Positions 54,325 through 64,000 of a stretch of 64,000 nt of DNA are shown piece by piece. This stretch comes from the human T2T-CHM13v2.0 reference genome, Homo sapiens: assembly GCF_009914755.1 (NCBI RefSeq), contig NC_060926.1; one strand, given 5' to 3'. A model generated the notes under the pieces. The model had not been told where the DNA came from. It saw only the letters and a program-made list of their open reading frames with translations, and searched no databases. The position numbers and the translations under genes were made by a program. Position 1 is the stretch's first letter; the number at the start of each line of letters is the position of its first letter.

Positions 54325-54820
54325 TTTATTTTTCGAAGTTGGCCGCAATACTACCTCTCATCCCCCATGCTTTTCTCACAATATGACTCTGACACTTTTT
54401 TCAAAGAAATGTGGGGGCTGTGTTCCCTCTCCTTGAACAAGGGTGACTTTGTCATTATTGTAGAGGTGTGACTCTATGAGACTCCCAAGTCTAGGTCATA
54501 TAAGATGATACAGCTTAGGTCTGCTTTTCTTGGGTCTCTGGCTCTTGACACCCACCCACCATTGCATAAAGAAAGCCAAATAATTCATGGAGAGGTCTAT
54601 ATGGGGAATATCTGAGGCCCCCACCCAGGCAGCCCAAAGTCCTGACCAAATTCTCAGACGACAGCCAGAAGAAATATGCCTGCATAACTTGAGTGGCTGC
54701 AATTGATACTGCATGAGATCAGTTGTCCCTGCCAAGCCATGCCCAATTTGCTGATATGTAAACAAATAAAGGATTGTTGCTAGTTTGGGGTTGTTTGCTA
54801 TACAGCAACTAATAACTGGA
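54325..54820 (+). mobile_element. MLT1G/H-like LTR
   Basis: tggccgcaatactacctctcatccc...ctaggtcatataagatgatacagct...gtttggggttgtttgctatacagcaa. Confidence 0.7.
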
Positions 54821-54899
54821 AAGATTCCTAAAGGGAAACAACATGCATTTCGACTTCCAGCTTTGTGCCATCTGAAAGTACATTTTTAAACTTAATTTG

Positions 54900-55380
54900 T
54901 GTGGTAGGCAGAATTATGGCTCCCCCAAAGATGTCCACATCCCAATTATCAGAACCTGTGAATATGTTAGCTTACTTGGCAGAAAGGAAGGGACTGTGAT
55001 CAAGTGACGGATCTTGAGATGGGGATATTATCCGGGTTGATCTGGGTTAACCCAAACTAATTGAAGGGGTTCTTGTAATTAAAGAAGGGAGGCAGGAAGG
55101 TCAGAGTCAGAGAGATTTGAGGATGCTGTGCTGCTGGCATTGAAGACAGAAGACGGAGCTATGAACCAAGGAATGTGGGTAGTTCCTAAAAGCTAGAAAA
55201 GGAAAGGAAAGGGCACATTTTCTTCTAGAACTTCCAGAAAAGAAATGTACCTCTGGATTGTATTCCACCGAGATGTGCTTCAGACCTCTGGCTTTCAGAG
55301 ATATAACATAATACATTTGTGTTATTTTAAGCCATTAATTTTGTGGCAATTTATTACTGCAATAATAAGAAACTATTCCA
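54900..55380 (+). mobile_element. MLT1D solo LTR
   Basis: tgtggtaggcagaattatggctcccccaaagatgtccac...gaaactattcca. Confidence 0.85.
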
Positions 55381-55852
55381 AGTAGTTATATTTCTGCAGC
55401 TTAATTAATAACACATCCCCACCCCTCCTTAAATTGATCCTGGGACAATAACTAGCCCTTAAGCAAAACCTCAGCATAGTTCTGGATTAGAAAGGGCTTT
55501 AGGGACTAGAGTCTCCAGCCCTCGGGGGTTAGTGGTAGGAGTGAGACTCAGAAAGGATTAATGGGTTTTTCAGAATCCTGAGAAGGTTCAAGCCTCAGCA
55601 GGGAGTATATAACTCCAAGACCAGTGCCTGTCTTCAGTATGCCTCTATTCTGGCTTTTGGAGATCTGAGGGTCTCTTTCTCAGTTGTCCAGTGTTGTTCT
55701 ACTGATTCTGGTGGAACAATAGATGAACTCCAGTCAAGAGTTCTATTCTAGTTGCCTCTCCCCTAAGGATACCAGTGTTCCCTTTCTCTTCATTAAAATT
55801 TTAATTCCTTATCTCATTTGTGTTTCCAAACACTCACAGATTGTCTTGGTGA

Positions 55853-56207
<355 letters not shown>

Positions 56208-56324
56208 CACCACCTCCAACTCTTAAGGAAAAGCATGTGATTTGCCTATAAAAAAAAACAGTCTTGGTTAAGGCAGCCTCTCCTAGCTCCCTCTCAAGTC
56301 CTACCTTCTAGATAGCTGCTGAAT

Positions 56325-56700
56325 TACTTAAATCATTAGTGAGAATGTAAATTTGTTCAGCAGTTTTGGAGCTCAATTTGACATCAGCCATCAAAAGTTT
56401 AAATGCACACGTCATCTAACCCAGCCACTTCACCTTCGGTTAAATAGGTATGCACAAAGAGACAAGCAAAAGGATGTTATTTATGAGATGGCACACTCAT
56501 ATTCTGGAATACTTTGAGCCACTAAGAAAAGATAAACTAGACTTTTTTATATACTAAAATGGAAACTTGTTCAACGTGTATTGAAGGGGGGAAAAGGTAA
56601 GCTATCAGTTTCTATCATGATTTGCTTTGTATTTTAAAAAGCCACATTTTTGTATCCATATATGACTTTATGTAGGGGTGGCCTTTATACAGAGAAATTA
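56325..56700 (+). mobile_element. L1ME fragment
   Basis: gtgagaatgtaaatttgttcagcagttttggag...atggcacactcatattctggaatact. Confidence 0.6.
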
Positions 56701-56779
56701 TATATTTAACTCAGAATCCACTTATTCATTCATTAATTGAAACTATAAGCTGACCCCTCTGAGATAGGCTGCGTGTATG

Positions 56780-56783
<4 letters not shown>

Positions 56784-56829
<46 letters not shown>
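56784..56829. repeat. (TA)23 microsatellite
   Basis: Read directly from sequence. Confidence 0.95.
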
Positions 56830-56831
<2 letters not shown>

Positions 56832-57325
56832 GTATATAATATTAAGTAAAATAGATATGGTACAAGTCTTCAAGAAGCTCACAGTGTACCGAGAGATATA
56901 TAAGATAATCTTTTAAAACTAAAAAATAGAATACATTTTAAAATATTGATAAAACTTGTGATAAATGCATGATGCTATGACAGAGAATGAGGAGTGGCCT
57001 CTATATACAGGATGATGTGAGAATACTGCAAGAAGAGATGCCATTTCAACTGAGACTTGAGGAATATAACTCTTGATTCAATTGATATACAGGATAATTT
57101 GGCTCCTTCTTCTCATTCACTAGTAAGAAACATGAGAGTTAACAGTATGGGCATTGCAGAGTTTAAAACACAGGTTTACAAACTCCCATTCTGCAAGTAC
57201 CAAAGGTGAGAAAGTTTGGTGTGTTTCACGACCTGAAAATTCACAGGTAGAAAGAAAACAAAAGAAGGAGGGGAATGTGGAGGGAAGGGGTGAGTAAGTT
57301 TGGAGGGGGAGATGACCACACTGAG

Positions 57326-59138
57326 TAGCAGTTCTCAAACCTTTTAGTCTCATGACTTTCTGACTCTCTTGAAAATTATTGAGGATCCCAAGAGTTTATA
57401 TGAGTCATATTTATTGATACTTATGACACTGGCTATTCAATGGTGAATTTGTAAAAATAGGTATTTATTTCTTCATTTTAAAATAATAAGAAACACATTA
57501 CATGTCCTAGTAAGTTGAATGCTGATTTCTCCAAAGTCTCCTAATCCTGACATGTCCTAATCTCCAGAACCTTTAAAAGTCACCTTTTTTGGAAAAAGAG
57601 TCTTTGCAGATGTGACAAAGGGTCTCAAGATGAAATTATCCTGGATTAGGGTAACCCCTAAATCTAATGATAAGTTCTTATGAGAGATGACATGAGGAAA
57701 CAGACACAAAGAAATACATGGGAGAAAGCTACATGAAGAGAAAGGCAGACATTGAAATGATGGGTCTACAAGCCAAGGAACACTGAGGATTACTGGTGAG
57801 AAGCTGGAGAGAGGTGTTATCCCTCAGAAGGAACCAATATCAGCATCTTGGTTTTAGTCTTCCTACCTTTGGAACTGTGAGAAAACAAATTTCTGTTATT
57901 TAAACTACTAAGTTTGTAGAATGTATTAAATCAGTCCTGGGAAACTAATACACATGCCAATGTAAAGAGAATCATTTTATGAAAAGTAACCATAGTTTCT
58001 AAAATACAAACAAATGAAAGAGAAGAATGATACTATTCTGTATTTTTGCAAATCTCTTTAGTGTCTGCCTAGTAGATGACCGCTACATGCCTATATGTGC
58101 TACTGAATTCAAACTGCTGAGATATGTTTTTTTTTTGGTTGAAATATATGAAGAAAATTCAGCTTTACACAATTGGAAATTTGAGTAATATTATAGCAGA
58201 TGTTTATACTGTACATCAAAGTATCTTCTTTGATACTACACCAAAACTTGACAGATGGGACTTTCTTAAAGGTAGTTGCAAACTGGAATCTGAGATCATA
58301 TTAATAAATTTTTAATACATTTTTATATTAATTACATAGGCTTACCTTGAACATTGAATATGTCTTTTCCCTGGTGTGATTTTGAACATCACATGTTGGT
58401 CATTTGGAAAATCTTGGTTCACTGAATAATGCAGATCATCCAAATGTTGACACATTCCATTGTATATTATCAAAGAAAATTACATTCAGTAAAGCCACCA
58501 CTTACGTTATGGAGAAAGCATCAGGAAGCTGTCAAGCTCACAGTGGTAGATAAAAGTTTTTCAAAATTTGAATGTTTGTTTGAAAGTTTGAATTTAACAT
58601 TGGCAGCAAATACTGTCAATTGCTTTCCTCAAAGTGACAGATTTATCCAAATCTGAATAAACATAATTTTGTCAGGCATTCTTTCAAATAAAAATGGTGC
58701 TCCTTGAAAAAGGTGGCTAGTTCAGCTCACAACTCAAACAATTGCACAAGTGTATATGTACAGTACTTTCCATTTTGTCACACAGAGTATTAAAAACTGT
58801 GTACTCGAGAGTTGAAATTTTGAAAAATTAACAATTTTTAGTGCTTCATCAAGGACATTCTTATGTGAAGTTTGCTCCCCCCCACGTTTTTAACTGCTAA
58901 TGTATGGCAGAGAAAAATGCAAAATCAGTGGCATAGATTGTTGCCACCACCTTGATACATACTAGGGGCCAACAGTTTTATTCACTATTGCCTTTGCAGC
59001 ATCCACGAAAATATTAACAGGGTAAAAAGGCAAATGATGTTTTATAGTATTATGAAAATAACTTTGACCAAATTGACCCCTGAGTTCAGAGACCCACTCC
59101 ACCCTAGGGATCTGCAGATCATTCTTTAAGAACTGCTG
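57326..59138. mobile_element. Charlie1a hAT DNA transposon
   Basis: TIRs tagcagttctcaaac and ctttaagaactgctg; aaaattattgaggatccc. Confidence 0.8.
57506..57952 (+). mobile_element. MLT1C-like LTR inside Charlie1a
   Basis: gtctttgcagatgtg...gccaaggaacac...ggaaactaataca; TSD catgt/catgc. Confidence 0.78.
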
Positions 59139-59714
59139 ATCTAGAGTCTTATAAACTGTGAGAAAGAGTTAGATTTTATTTCACTTACAATCAGCTGCTC
59201 TTGGTGGGATTTTAGCCAAGGAGTGATGTGATTTAATTTGAATTTTGAAAAGATGACAGAAAGATTTCTTAATTGAGGAAGTGTTTGATGGTACCATTTA
59301 CAGAGAGGTAGCAAAGACTGTAGGAGAAGGTGAAGGAAGTAATATTAGCAGTAGCTTGGGACACATTACATTTGAATTGTCTATAAAACATTCAAATGGA
59401 AGGGCTTAGTAGGCAATTTTATTTTTAAGCCTGGGGCTCAGAAGTGAGGTCTAGCCTGTGTTTGTAGTCTTAGGAGTCGTTTACATATGGATAGAATTCA
59501 AAATTAAGATGATTAATGATATCACATAGGAAGAGAGTATAGAGAATAAAATAAAAAGGGAAACCTGAACTAAACCCTGGGCAACTTAAACGTTTCAAAA
59601 TGTTTAAAACATGGTTAACCTCCCGAGAGCAGGTTGGAGGACACTGAGATATTAGGAGAAAGAGGAATTTGCCATTATAAACTGTTTTAAAATTTTCCAT
59701 TGAGCATGTACTCT

Positions 59715-59900
59715 TACTTTTACAGCTTTATTGAGGTAAAATTATTTAAGATATACAATTTGATAAGTTTTGACAATATGTGCACAACAGTGAAACCATC
59801 ACCACAGTCAAGAAGAGGAACAAATCAAGAAGTTTCCTCATCACCCCCTGTAATTCATGCCTTTCTCCCCTCATTACCCAGGCAGCCACTGATCTGCAAG
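59715..59900 (-). mobile_element. L1M 3' end fragment
   Basis: acagctttattgaggtaaaat...tgaaaccatcaccacagtcaaga...ggcagccactgatctg. Confidence 0.7.
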
Positions 59901-60512
59901 TACATCATTTCATTAAAAAATAGAAATAACAAACAAACTAAAAAAGAAATCAATCTAATCAAACATCATTTTGCAGGAAGATAAGGCTCTGAGAAATGCA
60001 CTAGCTTTCATAGAATGATGTAGCTTTTTAGGGACAAAGAATCATTAGAACCCAATTTTACTCACTTCCACTTTGGGGACCTTTTTACTGTAACAAGCTG
60101 CCTCCACTCTTTGACCTACTGTCCTGATCTTGTTCTTTCTTACTGGTCTCTTCTTAGACCATATCTCTTTTGAAAGTATTTGAGGAAGAATTTCTTCTCT
60201 GTAGGTTGGAGTCACAACTTGATATGTTAACACACAAAGCCTTCAGTTCTGACAGCTACTGGAGGCTGCCTCAGAATAGGTTTATTAGCCTTGAGAAATA
60301 CACCAAAGATAGTTTAATCTTCTCTTCTATCAGGAATTTCCCATTGCATTTCACTTTTTTTGTCATGAAACAATTTAATAAACTTTATGTAAACCTTAAG
60401 TTTTCAAACCTGCCAGTCTTTGAGCAAAACACTGTTTTTCAAGAAGGGAAGCACTGAGAAGTAGAGCAAGATGCTGAGTTTACACATCATTGCAATTACA
60501 TTAATTCACAAA

Positions 60513-60986
60513 TTGTCCTATGTTGGGTTACCCCAGAATTAGAGTCTGAATCGAATATTTGAATTTAAGTAGTTTATTAGAGAGGAGATTCCAGAAAGCA
60601 CTGGGATAGGAATGAGGAAAGTAAGACTGGGAAGAAACAAATGTCAGTAAACTATGTATTATCAAGCCAATTATCTCTTGGGGCAAGTGAGGCTCAATCT
60701 TGCTGGAGAACTCTAGAAGACACTGTAAATGGCCACCACAGAGATTTCACATCTGAAGAGTGAGAAGGCTGCGATATTTTTCCTTTATGCCATCAATCTT
60801 TAGCTGAGTGCTTCTCCAGGGGTCACGAACCTCCTGGAACTTTCTACCTCCCCTCTGCATAAGTGAGGGACACTAGAAAGCCCTCAGGTGATTAATCATA
60901 GGTACTTGCAGTAGGGCACTTCAGGCGTGTGCTGGGTTTTTAATGTAGGGAGGAGATGTATGCAAGGGCACAGCCAGTGTCTGCTG
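60513..60986 (-). mobile_element. LTR16C-like ERVL LTR
   Basis: ttgggttaccccagaa...aagtagtttatt...gtattatcaagcc...ggagaactct. Confidence 0.7.
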
Positions 60987-61244
60987 AATGAACCATGTGA
61001 TGGGTTATTCGGGAAGGGAATCTCAACTTTTAAAGAATCACAGGCTTTGTACTTCTTCCTGTAATTTCCCTAATAATGCTGTAAGCAAGCTGTAAGCCCT
61101 CTGAGAACAGGATGCATATCTCATTCATTCTTGGGCCCTCAGAAGGCCTGATCATAATAAGTGCTCAACAAATGTCCAGTAGTGACTTTGTAATCAACGG
61201 ACTAAAATACTTTGCTGTAAACTACATTCAGATTAACTGTGGAA

Positions 61245-61500
61245 GAGTGTATTGCAGTGTTGAGGAGTACATAGCTCTAGAATCAGACTGCTTAGATTGT
61301 AGCCTGGCTATATATGCCTTAGCCATGTGGCTTTGGGCAAGTTTCTTAACCTCTCTGAGTCTTGATTCTGTCACCGGATCCATGGGCAGTATCATAGTTC
61401 TCATGCAATTGTGTTGCTATAAGGATTAAATGAGATAATTTGTGGAAAACAATTATCATAAAGCCTGGCACCTGTTAAATGGGAAAAACCTGCTAGCTGT
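61245..61500 (+). mobile_element. MIR (preceded by an L2 tail at ~61085-61180)
   Basis: gctctagaatcagactgc...tgtggctttgggcaagtttcttaacctctctgag...aggattaaatgagata. Confidence 0.85.
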
Positions 61501-62957
61501 TAATATCATTGATCACTTGAGGAATACTGTTAAAACTGCCCAACATCTAAAGCAATCATATTACAGTTGATGAAATCAAACTTCACACATATGTGTGGTT
61601 AAATAACATAATTGTGATCCTGTCTGAGGCACACTTGTCAAAACTAATTATTTTCCAATAAGAGGTAGATATAACTTTACCCCAATCTTCTCACTCTTGA
61701 TCACTGTGTTTTCAAATATTTAACTTATTTGGGGAAGTAGCCCTGTGTTTAAAGTTAAAAAGATATATCAACATAAACCCTTTTAGTAAGACAGTTTAAG
61801 ATAAGATTTCAAATACTATTTTCCAACTTTATAGATAATAGATTTTATTATATACCAAAATACTAATTGTGCTGTCTCTTGAATTTTATTTGTGTAGTTT
61901 CTATTTCTGAATGGTTCATTTACCTTGTAAGTCAAGGTTAGATTTCTATTATTTCTTTAAACTGTTTGTTAAATTACCTCCTCAGTAAGAAGCAACATGC
62001 TGGGTGCCTGAGGTCACTTGAGCCATTTTCTGCCTTCAAGTACAACAATGCTGAATATATCTTAGATAGAAGACAATGTACTCTAGAAAACATTTTTATA
62101 GCCATTCTCAAGAATACATTGCCATAAGAAATAATTTTCAGTACATGTCACACCACTTTATCACCTCTCCTCTTCTTCCATCACCAATGGAAATGAAAAC
62201 CCAGCAACCTTTGTAAATATAACTAGAAATTATCATTGATTACCTTTGTTTTGTATGGGCTAGATGGTCCGTGGCCTTTTTATCTTTTGAGGGAAGCAAC
62301 TAAAGATTGTAGAAAAATCACTTAACTAGGGATAAAAAAATATACAAAGTCTGGTCTTAGCTTTGCTTCCAAGCCTTTGATTCAGTGATATCACAAGCAC
62401 TGTTGATAATACTTTCATTCAGTGATATAACACTGTGGATCAGAGTTTAGATGCACCTGAAAAAAATATAGGCAAAGTCTGTGGATATAGGGTTGGAAAC
62501 ATAACCACCAATTCATTATTATAGAGACAAGGATCTGAATTACTAGGTTAATCTAGGGAAGGCAGGGAAGATCTAGGTAACATTCTTCCATATAGAGTTT
62601 AAGATCTGAGATGTCCACGCAAACAAAGTTGGGCATATGTTCTAGCAAATGAACACACATGTGGTTGGGAAAATCCCATCTTCTTAAGGTGGTCCAGTAG
62701 CAGGAGAAATGCAGTCTAGGGCTCCAGCTAGGTGGCTGGAACTCAAGGGAGAAGACAGAGGTAAAACAACAAAAGACATGGACTGTAGAGTACAGAGACA
62801 AGGTCCAATGCAGCCTCCAGAGACAGAATGATGCCAGAGGGTGGAGACTTAGTAATGGGGAGATTGAGAAACACCCACTTTTGTGAGACTCCAGGAGCAA
62901 AATTGGCTTAGGAACCAGGACTGGTCTCACACTGGGAAGGGATGAGGGAATGAGGGT

Positions 62958-63521
62958 ATATATTCATTACCTATTGTTGTGTAACAAATTACCATAAAAC
63001 TTAGCAGCTTAAAACAATATAAATTTATTATTTCGTAGTTTCAGTGGGCCAGAAATATAGGCAACAGGGTCCTTTGGCTTAAAGCCTCTCATGGAACTGC
63101 AATCAAAATATTGCTTAGGGCTGAGGTCTCATCTGAGTGCTCACATGGAGAAGGACCAAGCTCTTCCAGTTGTAGGAAGAATTCAGTTTCTTGAAGGCTA
63201 TTGGATCATGGCTCTCAGTTCCTTGCTAGCTGTTAACCAGGGGCCACCCTCAATTTCTTGTCATATGGCCCTCTCCATAGAGCAGTTAAGAATATGGCAG
63301 CTTTCTTCCTGAAAGCCAACAAGGAAGGCTGTCTGCTAGGAAGATGCAAATCAGAATCTTACACCATTTATTAATGAAAATGAATCTATTATTTTTACTG
63401 AATTCTGTTTGTTAAAAGCAATCACAGGTTCAGCCCACACTCAAAGCTAGAAGGAATTACACAGGTTATCAGTACCAGAAAATGGAGATAATTAAGGGTC
63501 ACCTTAGAGTCTGTCCAATAT
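62958..63521 (-). mobile_element. MLT1F-like LTR
   Basis: tgtaacaaattacc...cttagcagcttaaaacaa...agaattcagtttcttg...gggtcaccttagagtctg. Confidence 0.75.
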
Positions 63522-64000
63522 GGGGAGCTAACATCTTATCAAGTAACCACTGTAACAAGGTAGAGTCCTCTTAAGTGTGTGAACTTTAGAGGCATGGAGC
63601 CAGGAAGGATAATGTAGTAGCTGGAATTAAAATATCCTCTTTTTCACATCAATTTCTTCAGCTGTAAGTAGACAGGGTATGGATTAAGGTCTCATCTAGT
63701 TCTCTGGTTTCATCCCTTCAGGATTTTCTATAAGCTTATTGTTGAAACCTTTCCCAGTTTTCCAGATTATTTCTAAAATTATAGAGCCTGACATTGTACT
63801 CGTTCTTTTATAAAGGGTCTGCTTGAGTATAATGGGGTTGTAAAGGATGACTATATTCTTAAAAATGTACCTTAGCACACACAGCCATGACACTTCTGAA
63901 AAATAGGGTACAATCTGCATTTTTGTATACTAATACATTTTTAATTAATTATAAAAATTTACCATAAAAGTAAGCCTATCTAAAAAATTATTAAGTAAAA

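Larger units (their letters stand above)
56720..59650 (-). mobile_element. L2 interrupted by Charlie1a (56720-57325 and 59139-59650)
   Basis: ttcaagaagctcacagt and caactgagacttgagg on the left; gggattttagccaaggagtgatgtgat on the right. Confidence 0.65.

Noticed and set aside
57326-59138. Possible domesticated hAT transposase
   Set aside because: Internally deleted, LTR-interrupted copy with only 63-75 aa ORFs.
62553-62930. 125-aa minus-strand ORF
   Set aside because: Non-ATG start and no recognisable protein family.

Overview
This is primate (probably human or hominoid) nuclear genomic DNA. It is AT-rich, CpG-depleted and repeat-dense, with AluY/S/J, MIR, L2, old L1, hAT DNA transposons and about 20 LTR elements in both orientations. 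I recognise no protein-coding exon, tRNA, rRNA, CpG island or prokaryotic-type system, and the ORF track is explained by repeats or chance. The region reads as intergenic or lncRNA-intronic. Best-supported observations: (1) a full-length THE1B MaLR provirus nested in the 5' LTR of another full-length THE1 provirus, with both TSD pairs intact (8310-12900); (2) a perfect, young 63-bp tandem duplication inside an ancient MLT1 LTR (37062-37189); (3) a multi-level nest of MIR, MLT1B, MLT1A, MER57 and Alu (49760-51370); (4) an AP-1/ARE motif cluster in unique sequence (19230-19433); (5) candidate non-coding exons on both strands; (6) several short perfect hairpins. Repeat subfamily names come from recalled consensus sequences and need RepeatMasker/Dfam confirmation. 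I found no convincing novel biological system.
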